Shown here: positions 1 through 13,100 of the stretch, piece by piece | Layout of the letters: each line of letters opens with the position of its first letter | How positions within the stretch are numbered: position 1 is the first letter of the stretch | NCBI RefSeq assembly: GCF_009914755.1 | Contig: NC_060943.1 | From: the human T2T-CHM13v2.0 reference genome, Homo sapiens | Length of the DNA stretch: 64,000 nt | Direction: 5' to 3' (one strand) | Made by a program: the position numbers and the translations under genes | Notes under the pieces: generated by a model | Database searches by the model: none | Told to the model about the DNA's origin: nothing | The model's input: only the letters and a program-made list of their open reading frames with translations

Positions 1-169
1 ATTCTCAGAAACTCCTTTGTGATGTGTGCGTTCAACTCACAGAGTTTAACCTTTCTTTTCATAGAGCAGTTGGGAAACACTCTGTTTGTAAAGTCTGCAA
101 GTGGATATTCAGACCTCCTTGAGGCTTTCGTTGGAAACGGGATTTCTTCATATTCTGCTAGAAAGAAGA
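1..169 (+). repeat. Representative B-type (CENP-B box-bearing) alpha satellite monomer, 169 bp
   Basis: ATTCTCAGAAACTCCTTTGTGATGTGTGCG...TTTCGTTGGAAACGGGA...; recurs every 340 bp. The boundary phase is my choice (ATTCTCAG start). Confidence 0.93.
126..142 (+). promoter_or_regulatory. CENP-B box (first of about 188 box positions, spaced 340 bp; about 180 with an intact core by manual reading)
   Basis: TTTCGTTGGAAACGGGA matches the 17 bp consensus YTTCGTTGGAARCGGGA. Three common alleles: TTTCG..AAACGGGA, CTTCG..AAACGGGA and CTTCG..AAGCGGGA. Confidence 0.96.
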
Positions 170-340
170 ATTCTCAGTAACTTCCTTGTGTTGTGTGTAT
201 TCAACTCACAGAGTTGAACGATCCTTTACACAGAGCAGACTTGAAACACTCTTTTTGTGGAATTTGCAAGTGGAGATTTCAGCCGCTTTGAGGTCAATGG
301 TAGAATAGGAAATATCTTCCTATAGAAACTAGACAGAATG
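170..340 (+). repeat. Representative A-type alpha satellite monomer, 171 bp
   Basis: ATTCTCAGTAACTTCCTTGTGTTGTGTG...CAATGGTAGAATAGGAA...; homologous to 1-169 but lacks the CENP-B box. Confidence 0.93.
295..311 (+). promoter_or_regulatory. A-box / pJ-alpha-type motif at the CENP-B-box-equivalent position of the A monomer (first copy)
   Basis: CAATGGTAGAATAGGAA lies 169 bp after the CENP-B box and resembles the pJ-alpha motif (CTAYGGTGRAAAAGGAA-like). Binding cannot be shown from sequence. Confidence 0.7.
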
Positions 341-1357
341 ATTCTGAGAAACTCCTTTGTGATGTGTGCGTTCAACTCACACAGTTTAACCTTTCTTTCA
401 ATAGAGCAGTTAGGAAACACTCTGTTTGTAAAGTCTGCAAGTGGATATTCAGACCTCCTTGAGGCCTTCGTTGGAAACGGGATTTCTTCATATTATGCTA
501 GACAGAAGAATTCTCAGTAACTTCCTTGTGTTGTGTGTATTCAACTCACAGAGTTGAACGATCCTTTACACAGAGCAGACTTGAAACACTCTTTTTGTGG
601 AATTTGCAAGTGGAGATTTCAGCCGCTTTGAGGTCAATGGTAGAATAGGAAATATCTTCCTATAGAAACTAGACAGAATGATTCTCAGAAACTCCTTTGT
701 GATGTGTGCGTTCAACTCACAGAGTTCAACCTTTCTTTTCATAGAGCAGTTGGGAAACACTCTGTTTGTAAAGTCTGCAAGTGGATATTCAGACTTCTTT
801 GAGGCCTTCGTTGGAAGCGGGATTTCTTCATGTTCTGCTAGACAGAAGAATTCTCAGTAACTTCCTTGTGTTGTGTGTTTTCAACTCACAGAGTTGAACG
901 ATCCTTTACACAGAGCAGACTTGAAACACTCTTTTTGTGGAATTTGCAAGTGGAGATTTCAGCCGCTTTGAGGTCAATGGTAGAATAGGAAATATCTTCC
1001 TATAGAAACTAGACAGAATGATTCTCAGAAACTCCTTTGTGATGTGTGCGTTCAACTCACAGAGTTTAACCTTTCTTTTCATAGAGCAGTTAGGAAACAC
1101 TCTGTTTGTAAAGTCTGCAAGTAGATATTCAGACATCTTTGAGGCCTTCGTTGGAAACGGGATTTCTTCATGTTCTGCTAGACAGAAGAATTCTCAGAAA
1201 CTTCCTTGTGTTGTGTGTTTTCAACTCACAGAGTTGAACGATGCTTTACACAGAGTAGACTTGAAACACTCTTTTTGTGTAATTTGCAAGTGGAGATTTC
1301 AGCCGCTTTGAGGTCAATGGTAGAAAAGGAAATATCTTCGTATAAAAACTAGACAGA

Positions 1358-4300
1358 ATGATTCTCAGAAACTCCTTTGTGATGTGTGCGTTCAACTCAC
1401 AGAGTTTAACCTTTCTTTTCATAGAGCAGTTAGGAAACACTCTGTTTGTAAAGTCTGCAAGTGGATATTCAAACTTCTTTGAGGCCTTCGTTGGAAGCGG
1501 GATTTCTTCATATTCTGCTAGACAGAAGAATTCTCAGTAACTGCCTTGTGTTGTGTGTATTCAACTCACAGAGTTGAACGATCCTTTACACAGAGCAGAC
1601 TTGAAACACTCTTTTTGTGGAATTTGCAAGTGGAGATTTCAGCCGCTTTGAGGTCAATGGTAGAATAGGAAATATCTTCCTATAGAAACTAGACAGAATG
1701 ATTCTCAGAAACTCCTTTGTGATGTGTGCGTTCAACTCACAGAGTTTACCCTTTCTTTTCATAGAGCAGTTAGGAAACACTCTGTTTGTAAAGTCTGCAA
1801 TTGGATATTCAGACATCCTTGAGGCTTTCGTTGGAAACGGGATTTCTTCATATTCTGCTAGAAAGAAGAATTCTCAGTAACTTCCTTGTGTTGTGTGTAT
1901 TCAACTCACAGAGTTGAACGATCCTTTACACAGAGCAGACTTGAAACACTCTTTTTGTGGAATTTGCAAGTGGAGATTTCAGCCGCTTTGAAGTCAATGG
2001 TAGAATAGGAAATATCTTCCTATAGAAACTAGACAGAATGATTCTCAGAAACTCCTTTGTGATGTGTGCGTTCAACTCACACAGTTTAACCTTTCTTTTC
2101 ATAGAGCAGTTAGGAAACACTCTGTTTGTAAAGTCTGCAAGTGGATATTCAGACCTCCTTGAGGCCTTCGTTGGAAACGGGATTTCTTCATATTATGCTA
2201 GACAGAAGAATTCTCAGTAACTTCCTTGTGTTGTGTGTATTCAACTCACAGAGTTGAACGATCCTTTACACACAGCAGACTTGAAACACTCTTTTTGTGG
2301 AATTTGCAAGTGGAGATTTCAGCCGCTTTGAGTTCAATGGTAGAATAGGAAATATCTTCCTATAGAAACTAGACAGAATGATTCTCAGAAACTCCTTTGT
2401 GATGTGTGCGTTCAACTCACAGAGTTCAACCTTTCTTTTCATAGAGCAGTTGGGAAACACTCTGTTTGTAAAGTCTGCAAGTGGATATTCAGACTTTTTT
2501 GAGGCCTTCGTTGGAAGCGGGATTTCTTCATGTTCTGCTAGACAGAAGAATTCTCAGAAACTTCCTTGTGTTGTGTGTTTTCAACTCACAGAGTTGAACG
2601 ATCCTTTACACAGAGCAGACTTGAAACACTCTTTTTGTGGAATTTGCAAGTGGAGATTTCAGCCGCTTTGAGGTCAATGGTAGAATAGGAAATATCTTCC
2701 TATAGAAACTAGACAGAATGATTCTCAGAAACTCCTTTGTGATGTGTGCGTTCAACTCACAGAGTTTAACCTTTCTTTTCATAGCGCAGTTGGGAAACAC
2801 TCTGTTTGTAAAGTCTGCAAGTGGATATTCAGACATCCTTGAGGCTTTCGTTGGAAACGGGATTTCTTCATATTCTGCTATAAAGAAGAATTCTCAGTAA
2901 CTTCCTTGTGTTGTGTGTATTCAACTCACAGAGTTGAACGATCCTTTACACAGAGCAGACTTGAAACACTCCTTTTGTGGAATTTGCAAGTGGAGATTTC
3001 AGCCGCTTTGAGGTCAATGTTAGAATAGGAAATATCTTCCTATAGAAACTAGACAGAATGATTCTCAGAACCTCCTTTGTGATGTGTGCGTTCAACTCAC
3101 AGAGTTTAACCTTTCTTTTCATAGAGCAGTTAGGAAACACTCTGTTTGTAAAGTCTGCAAGTGGATATTCAGACATCCTTGAGGCTTTCGTTGGAAACGG
3201 GATTTCTTCATATTCTGCTAGAAAGAAGAATTCTCAGTAACTTCCTTGTGTTGTGTGTATTCAACTCACAGAGTTGAACGATCCTTTACACAGAGCAGAC
3301 TTGAAACACTCTTTTTGTGGAATTTGCAAGTGGAGATTTCAGCCGCTTTGAGGTCAATGGTAGAATAGGAAATATCTTCCTATAGAAACTAGACAGAATG
3401 ATTCTCAGAAACTCCTTTGTGATGTGTGCGTTCAACTCACAGAGTTTAACCTTTCTTTTCATAGCGCAGTTGGGAAACACTCTGTTTGTAAAGTCTGCAA
3501 GTGGATATTCAGACATCCTTGAGGCTTTCGTTGGAAACGGGATTTCTTCATATTCTGCTAGAAAGAAGAATTCTCAGTAACTTCCTTGTGTTGTGTGTAT
3601 TCAACTCACAGAGTTGAACGATCCTTTACACAGAGCAGACTTGAAACACTCTTTTTGTGGAATTTGCAAGTGGAGATTTCAGCCGCTTTGAGGTCAATGT
3701 TAGAATAGGAAATATCTTCCTATAGAAACTAGACAGAATGATTCTCAGAACCTCCTTTGTGATGTGTGCGTTCAACTCACAGAGTTGAACCTTTCTTTTC
3801 ATAGAGCAGTTAGGAAACACTCTGTTTGTAAAGTCTGCAAGTGGATATTCAGACATCCTTGAGGCTTTCGTTGGAAACGGGATTTCTTCATATTCTGCTA
3901 GAAAGAAGAATTCTCAGTAACTTCCTTGTGTTGTGTGTATTCAACTCACAGAGTTGAACGATCCTTTACACAGAGCAGACTTGAAACACTCTTTTTGTGG
4001 AATTTGCAAGTGGAGATTTCAGCCGCTTTGAGGTCAATGGAAGAATAGGAAATATCTTCCTATAGAAACTAGACAGAATGATTCTGAGAAACTCCTTTGT
4101 GATGTGTGCGTTCAACTCACACAGTTTAACCTTTCTTTTCATAGAGCAGTTAGGAAACACTCTGTTTGTAAAGTCTGCAAGTGGATATTCAGACCTCCTT
4201 GAGGCCTTCGTTGGAAACGGGATTTCTTCATATTATGCTAGACAGAAGAATTCTCAGTAACTTCCTTGTGTTGTGTGTATTCAACTCACAGAGTTGAACG

Positions 4301-7300
4301 ATCCTTTACACAGAGCAGACTTGAAACACTCTTTTTGTGGAATTTGCAAGTGGAGATTTCAGCCGCTTTGAGTTCAATGGTAGAATAGGAAATATCTTCC
4401 TATAGAAACTAGACAGAATGATTCTCAGAAACTCCTTTGTGATGTGTGCGTTCAACTCACAGAGTTCAACCTTTCTTTTCATAGAGCAGTTGGGAAACAC
4501 TCTGTTTGTAAAGTCTGCAAGTGGATATTCAGACTTCTTTGAGGCCTTCGTTGGAAGCGGGATTTCTTCATGTTCTGCTAGACAGAAGAATTCCCAGAAA
4601 CTTCCTTGTGTTGTGTGTTTTCAACTCACAGAGTTGAACGATCCTTTACACAGAGCAGACTTGAAACACTCTTTTTGTGGAATTTGGAAGTGGAGATTTC
4701 AGCCGCTTTGAGGTCAATGGTAGAATAGGAAATATCTTCCTATAGAAACTAGACAGAATGATTCTCAGAAACTCCTTTGTGATGTGTGCGTTCAACTCAC
4801 AGAGTTTAACCTTTCTTTTCATAGAGCAGTTAGGAAACACTCTGTTTGTAAAGTCTGCAAGTGGATATTCAAACTTCTTTGAGGCCTTCGTTGGAAGCGG
4901 GATTTCTTCATATTCTGCTAGACAGAAGAATTCTCAGTAACTGCCTTGTGTTGTGTGTATTCAACTCACAGAGTTGAACGATCCTTTACACAGAGCAGAC
5001 TTGAAACACTCTTTTTGTGGAATTTGCAAGTGGAGATTTCAGCCGCTTTGAGGTCAATGGTAGAATAGGAAATATCTTCCTATAGAAACTAGACAGAATG
5101 ATTCTCAGAAACTCCTTTGTGATGTGTGCGTTCAACTCACAGAGTTTACCCTTTCTTTTCATAGAGCAGTTAGGAAACACTCTGTTTGTAAAGTCTGCAA
5201 TTGGATATTCAGACATCCTTGAGGCTTTCGTTGGAAACGGGATTTCTTCATATTCTGCTACAAAGAAGAATTCTCAGTAACTTCCTTGTGTTGTGTGTAT
5301 TCAACTCACAGAGTTGAACGATCCTTTACAGAGAGCAGACTTGAAACACTCTTTTTGTGGAATTTGCAAGTGGAGATTTCAGCCGCTTTGAAGTCAATGG
5401 TAGAATAGGAAATATCTTCCTATAGAAACTAGACAGAATGATTCTCAGAAACTCCTTTGTGATGTGTGCGTTCAACTCACACAGTTTAACCTTTCTTTTC
5501 ATAGAGCAGTTAGGAAACACTCTGTTTGTAAAGTCTGCAAGTGGATATTCAGACCTCCTTGAGGCCTTCGTTGGAAACGGGATTTCTTCATATTATGCTA
5601 GACAGAAGAATTCTCAGTAACTTCCTTGTGTTGTGTGTATTCAACTCACAGAGTTGAACGATCCTTTACACACAGCAGACTTGAAACACTCTTTTTGTGG
5701 AATTTGCAAGTGGAGATTTCAGCCGCTTTGAGTTCAATGGTAGAATAGGAAATATCTTCCTATAGAAACTAGACAGAATGATTCTCAGAAACTCCTTTGT
5801 GATGTGTGCGTTCAACTCACAGAGTTCAACCTTTCTTTTCATAGAGCAGTTGGGAAACACTCTGTTTGTAAAGTCTGCAAGTGGATATTCAGACTTTTTT
5901 GAGGCCTTCGTTGGAAGCGGGATTTCTTCATGTTCTGCTAGACAGAAGAATTCTCAGAAACTTCCTTGTGTTGTGTGTTTTCAACTCACAGAGTTGAACG
6001 ATCCTTTACACAGAGCAGACTTGAAACACTCTTTTTGTGGAATTTGCAAGTGGAGATTTCAGCCGCTTTGAGGTCAATGGTAGAATAGGAAATATCTTCC
6101 TATAGAAACTAGACAGAATGATTCTCAGAAACTCCTTTGTGATGTGTGCGTTCAACTCACAGAGTTTAACCTTTCTTTTCATAGCGCAGTTGGGAAACAC
6201 TCTGTTTGTAAAGTCTGCAAGTGGATATTCAGACATCCTTGAGGCTTTCGTTGGAAACGGGATTTCTTCATATTCTGCTATAAAGAAGAATTCTCAGTAA
6301 CTTCCTTGTGTTGTGTGTATTCAACTCACAGAGTTGAACGATCCTTTACACAGAGCAGACTTGAAACACTCCTTTTGTGGAATTTGCAAGTGGAGATTTC
6401 AGCCGCTTTGAGGTCAATGTTAGAATAGGAAATATCTTCCTATAGAAACTAGACAGAATGATTCTCAGAACCTCCTTTGTGATGTGTGCGTTCAACTCAC
6501 AGAGTTTAACCTTTCTTTTCATAGAGCAGTTAGGAAACACTCTGTTTGTAAAGTCTGCAAGTGGATATTCAGACATCCTTGAGGCTTTCGTTGGAAACGG
6601 GATTTCTTCATATTCTGCTAGAAAGAAGAATTCTCAGTAACTTCCTTGTGTTGTGTGTATTCAACTCACAGAGTTGAACGATCCTTTACACAGAGCAGAC
6701 TTGAAACACTCTTTTTGTGGAATTTGCAAGTGGAGATTTCAGCCGCTTTGAGGTCAAAGGTAGAATAGGAAATATCTTCCTATAGAAACTAGACAGAATG
6801 ATTCTCAGAAACTCCTTTGTGATGTGTGCGTTCAACTCACAGAGTTTAACCTTTCTTTTCATAGCGCAGTTGGGAAACACTCTGTTTGTAAAGTCTGCAA
6901 GTGGATATTCAGACATCCTTGAGGCTTTCGTTGGAAACGGGATTTCTTCATATTCTGCTAGAAAGAAGAATTCTCAGTAACTTCCTTGTGTTGTGTGTAT
7001 TCAACTCACAGAGTTGAACGATCCTTTACACAGAGCAGACTTGAAACACTCTTTTTGTGGAATTTGCAAGTGGAGATTTCAGCCGCTTTGAGGTCAATGT
7101 TAGAATAGGAAATATCTTCCTATAGAAACTAGACAGAATGATTCTCAGAACCTCCTTTGTGATGTGTGCGTTCAACTCACAGAGTTGAACCTTTCTTTTC
7201 ATAGAGCAGTTAGGAAACACTCTGTTTGTAAAGTCTGCAAGTGGATATTCAGACATCCTTGAGGCTTTCGTTGGAAACGGGATTTCTTCATATTCTGCTA

Positions 7301-8157
7301 GAAAGAAGAATTCTCAGTAACTTCCTTGTGTTGTGTGTATTCAACTCACAGAGTTGAACGATCCTTTACACAGAGCAGACTTGAAACACTCTTTTTGTGG
7401 AATTTGCAAGTGGAGATTTCAGCCGCTTTGAGGTCAATGGAAGAATAGGAAATATCTTCCTATAGAAACTAGACAGAATGATTCTGAGAAACTCCTTTGT
7501 GATGTGTGCGTTCAACTCACACAGTTTAACCTTTCTTTTCATAGAGCAGTTAGGAAACACTCTGTTTGTAAAGTCTGCAAGTGGATATTCAGACCTCCTT
7601 GAGGCCTTCGTTGGAAACGGGATTTCTTCATATTATGCTAGACAGAAGAATTCTCAGTAACTTCCTTGTGTTGTGTGTATTCAACTCACAGAGTTGAACG
7701 ATCCTTTACACAGAGCAGACTTGAAACACTCTTTTTGTGGAATTTGCAAGTGGAGATTTCAGCCGCTTTGAGTTCAATGGTAGAATAGGAAATATCTTCC
7801 TATAGAAACTAGACAGAATGATTCTCAGAAACTCCTTTGTGATGTGTGCGTTCAACTCACAGAGTTCAACCTTTCTTTTCATAGAGCAGTTGGGAAACAC
7901 TCTGTTTGTAAAGTCTGCAAGTGGATATTCAGACTTCTTTGAGGCCTTCGTTGGAAGCGGGATTTCTTCATGTTCTGCTAGACAGAAGAATTCCCAGAAA
8001 CTTCCTTGTGTTGTGTGTTTTCAACTCACAGAGTTGAACGATCCTTTACACAGAGCAGACTTGAAACACTCTTTTTGTGGAATTTGCAAGTGGAGATTTC
8101 AGCCGCTTTGAGGTCAATGGTAGAATAGGAAATATCTTCCTATAGAAACTAGACAGA
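1358..8157 (+). repeat. Tandem duplication of a 10-dimer (3400 bp) block
   Basis: Rare variants paired at +3400: 1801/5201, 2497/5897, 2881/6281, 4594/7994; same order of dimer types in both copies. Confidence 0.9.
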
Positions 8158-10197
8158 ATGATTCTCAGAAACTCCTTTGTGATGTGTGCGTTCAACTCAC
8201 AGAGTTTAACCTTTCTTTTCATAGAGCAGTTAGGAAACACTCTGTTTGTAAAGGCTGCAAGTAGATATTCCGACATCTTTGAGGCCTTCGTTGGAAACGG
8301 GATTTCTTCATGTTCTGCTAGACAGAAGAATTCTCAGAAACTTCCTTGTGTTGTGTGTTTTCAACTCACAGAGTTGAACGATGCTTTACACAGAGTAGAC
8401 TTGAAACACTCTTTTTGTGTAATTTGCAAGTGGAGATTTCAGCCGCTTTGAGGTCAATGGTAGAAAAGGAAATATCTTCGTATAAAAACTAGACAGAATG
8501 ATTCTCAGAAACTCCTTTGTGATGTGTGCGTTCAACTCACAGAGTTTAACCTTTCTTTTCATAGAGCAGTTAGGAAACACTCTGTTTGTAAAGTCTGCAA
8601 GTGGATATTCAGACATCCTTGAGGCTTTCGTTGGAAACGGGATTTCTTCATGTTCTGCTAGACAGAAGAATTCTCAGTAACTTCCTTGTGTTGTGTGTAT
8701 TCAACTCACAGAGTTGAACGATCCTTTACACAGAGCAGACTTGAAACACTCTTTTTGTGGAATTTGCAAGTGGAGATTTCAGCCGCTTTGAGGTCAATGG
8801 TAGAATAGGAAATATCTTCCTATAGAAACTAGACAGAATGATTCTCAGAAACTCCTTTGTGATGTGTGCGTTCAACTCACAGAGTTTAACCTTTCTTTTC
8901 ATAGCGCAGTTGGGAAACACTCTGTTTGTAAAGTCTGCAAGTGGATATTCTGACATCCTTGAGGCTTTCGTTGGAAACGGGATTTCTTCATATTCTGCTA
9001 GAAAGAAGAATTCTCAGTAACTTCCTTGTGTTGTGTGTATTCAACTCACAGAGTTGAACGATCCTTTACACAGAGCAGACTTGAAACACTCTTTTTGTGG
9101 AATTTGCAAGTGGAGATTTCAGCCGCTTTGAGGTCAATGTTAGAATAGGAAATATCTTCCTATAGAAACTAGACAGAATGATTCTCAGAACCTCCTTTGT
9201 GATGTGTGCGTTCAACTCACAGAGTTTAACCTTTCTTTTCATAGAGCAGTTAGGAAACACTCTGTTTGTAAAGTCTGCAAGTGGATATTCAGACATCCTT
9301 GAGGCTTTCGTTGGAAACGGGATTTCTTCATATTCTGCTAGAAAGAAGAATTCTCAGTAACTTCCTTGTGTTGTGTGTATTCAACTCACAGAGTTGAACG
9401 ATCCTTTACACAGAGCAGACTTGAAACACTCTTTTTGTGGAATTTGCAAGTGGAGATTTCAGCCGCTTTGAGTTCAATGGTAGAATAGGAAATATCTTCC
9501 TATAGAAACTAGACAGAATGATTCTCAGAAACTCCTTTGTGATGTGTGCGTTCAACTCACAGAGTTTAACCTTTCTTTTCATAGAGCAGTTGGGAAACAC
9601 TCTGTTTGTAAAGTCTGCAAGTGGATATTCAGACCTCCTTGAGGCTTTCGTTGGAAACGGGATTTCTTCATATTCTGTTAGAAAGAAGAATTCTCAGTAA
9701 CTTCCTTGTGTTGTGTGTATTCAACTCACAGAGTTGAACGATCCTTTACACAGAGCAGACTTGAAACACTCTTTTTGTGGAATTTGCAAGTGGAGATTTC
9801 AGCCGCTTTGAGGTCAATGGTAGAATAGGAAATATCTTCCTATAGAAACTAGACAGAATGATTCTGAGAAACTCCTTTGTGATGTGTGCGTTCAACTCAC
9901 ACAGTTTAACCTTTCTTTTCATAGAGCAGTTAGGAAACACTCTGTTTGTAAAGTCTGCAAGTGGATATTCAGACCTCCTTGAGGCCTTCGTTGGAAACGG
10001 GATTTCTTCATATTATGCTAGACAGAAGAATTCTCAGTAACTTCCTTGTGTTGTGTGTATTCAACTCACAGAGTTGAACGATCCTTTACACAGAGCAGAC
10101 TTGAAACACTCTTTTTGTGGAATTTGCAAGTGGAGATTTCAGCCGCTTTGAGGTCAATGGTAGAATAGGAAATATCTTCCTATAGAAACTAGACAGA

Positions 10198-13100
10198 ATG
10201 ATTCTCAGAAACTCCTTTGTGATGTGTGCGTTCAACTCACAGAGTTTAACCTTTCTTTTCATAGCGCAGTTGGGAAACACTCTGTTTGTAAAGTCTGCAA
10301 GTGGATATTCAGACATCCTTGAGGCTTTCGTTGGAAACGGGATTTCTTCATATTCTGCTAGAAAGAAGAATTCTCAGTAACTTCCTTGTGTTGTGTGTAT
10401 TCAACTCACAGAGTTGAAAGATCCTTTACACAGAGCAGACTTGAAACACTCTTTTTGTGGAATTTGCAAGTGGAGATTTCAGCCGCTTTGAGGTCAATGT
10501 TAGAATAGGAAATATCTTCCTATAGAAACTAGACAGAATGATTCTCAGAACCTCCTTTGTGATGTGTGCGTTCAACTCACAGAGTTGAACCGTTCTTTTC
10601 ATAGAGCAGTTAGGAAACACTCTGTTTGTAAAGTCTGCAAGTGGATATTCAGACATCCTTGAGGCTTTCGTTGGAAACGGGATTTCTTCATATTCTGCTA
10701 GAAAGAAGAATTCTCAGTAACTTCCTTGTGTTGTGTGTATTCAACTCACAGAGTTGAACGATCCTTTACACAGAGCAGACTTGAAACACTCTTTTTGTGG
10801 AATTTGCAAGTGGAGATTTCAGCCGCTTTGAGTTCAATGGTAGAATAGGAAATATCTTCCTATAGAAACTAGACAGAATGATTCTCAGAAACTCCTTTGT
10901 GATGTGTGCGTTCAACTCACAGAGTTCAACCTTTCTTTTCATAGAGCAGTTGGGAAACACTCTGTTTGTAAAGTCTGCAAGTGGATATTCAGACTTCTTT
11001 GAGGCCTTCGTTGGAAGCGGAATTTCTTCATGTTCTGCTAGACAGAAGAATTCTCAGTAACTGCCTTGTGTTGTGTGTATTCAACTCACAGAGTTGAACG
11101 ATCCTTTACACAGAGCAGACTTGAAACACTCCTTTTGTGGAATTTGCAAGTGGAGATTTCAGCCGCTTTGAGGTCAATGGTAGAATAGGAAATATCTTCC
11201 TATAGAAACTAGACAGAATGATTCTCAGAAACTCCTTTGTGATGTGTGCGTTCAACTCACAGAGTTTAACCTTTCTTTTCATAGCGCAGTTGGGAAACAC
11301 TCTGTTTGTAAAGTCTGCAAGTGGATATTCAGACATCCTTGAGGCTTTCGTTGGAAACGGGATTTCTTCATATTCTGCTAGAAAGAAGAATTCTCAGTAA
11401 CTTCCTTGTGTTGTGTGTATTCAACTCACAGAGTTGAACGATCCTTTACACAGAGCAGACTTGAAACACTCTTTTTGTGGAATTTGCAAGTGGAGATTTC
11501 AGCCGCTTTGAGGTCAATGGTAGAATAGGAAATATCTTCCTATAGAAACTAGACAGAATGATACTCAGAAACTCCTTTGTGATGTGTGCGTTCAACTCAC
11601 AGAGTTTAACCTTTCTTTTCATAGAGCAGTTGGGAAACACTCTGTTTGTAAAGTCTGCAAGTGGATATTCAGACATCCTTGAGGCTTTCGTTGGAAACGG
11701 GATTTCTTCATATTCTGCTAGAAAGAAGAATTCTCAGAAACTTCCTTGTGTTGTGTGTATTCAACTCACAGAGTTGAACGATCCTTTACACAGAGCAGAC
11801 TTGAAACACTCTTTTTGCGGAATTTGCAAGTGGAGATTTCAGCCGCTTTGAGGTCAATGGTAGAATAGGAAATATCTTCCTATAGAAACTAGACAGAATG
11901 ATTCTCAGAAACTCCTTTGTGATGTGTGCGTTCAACTCACACAGTTTAACCTTTCTTTTCATAGAGCAGTTAGGAAACACTCTGTTTGTAAAGTCTGCAA
12001 GTGGATATTCAGACCTCCTTGAGGCCTTCGTTGGAAACGGGATTTCTTCATATTATGCTAGACAGAAGAATTCTCAGTAACTTCCTTGTGTTGTGTGTAT
12101 TCAACTCACAGAGTTGAACGATCCTTTACACACAGCAGACTTGAAACACTCTTTTTGTGGAATTTGCAAGTGGAGATTTCAGCCGCTTTGAGTTCAATGG
12201 TAGAATAGGAAATATCTTCCTATAGAAACTAGACAGAATGATTCTCAGAAACTCCTTTGTGATGTGTGCGTTCAACTCACAGAGTTCAACCTTTCTTTTC
12301 ATAGAGCAGTTGGGAAACACTCTGTTTGTAAAGTCTGCAAGTGGATATTCAGACTTCTTTGAGGCCTTCGTTGGAAGCGGGATTTCTTCATGTTCTGCTA
12401 GACAGAAGAATTCTCAGAAACTTCCTTGTGTTGTGTGTTTTCAACTCACAGAGTTGAACGATCCTTTACACAGAGCAGACTTGAAACACTCCTTTTGTGG
12501 AATTTGCAAGTGGAGATTTCAGCCGCTTTGAGGTCAATGGTAGAATAGGAAATATCTTCCTATAGAAAGTAGACAGAATGATTCTCAGAAACTCCTTTGT
12601 GATGTGTGCGTTCAACTCACAGAGTTTAACCTTTCTTTTCATAGAGCAGTTAGGAAACACTCTGTTTGTAAAGTCTGCATGTGGATATTCAGACCTCCTT
12701 GAGGCCTTCGTTGGAAACGGGATTTCTTCATATTATGCTAGACAGAAGAATTCTCAGTAACTTCCTTGTGTTGTGTGTATTCAACTCACAGAGTTGAAAG
12801 ATCCTTTACACAGAGCAGACTTGAAACACTCTTTTTGTGGAATTTGCAAGTGGAGATTTCAGCCGCTTTGAGGTCAATGGTAGAATAGGAAATATCTTCC
12901 TATAGAAACTAGACAGAATGATTCTCAGAAACTCCTTTGTGATGTGTGCGTTCAACTCACAGAGTTCAACCTTTCTTTTCATAGAGCAGTTGGAAAACAC
13001 TCTGTTTGTAAAGTCTGCAAGTGGATATTCAAACTTCTTTGAGGCCTTCGTTGGAAGCGGGATTTCTTCATATTCTGCTAGACAGAAGAATTCTCAGTAA

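Noticed and set aside
186-199. TTGTGTTGTGTG tract and short T runs as microsatellites or terminators
   Set aside because: These are intrinsic parts of the alpha satellite monomer, not separate elements.
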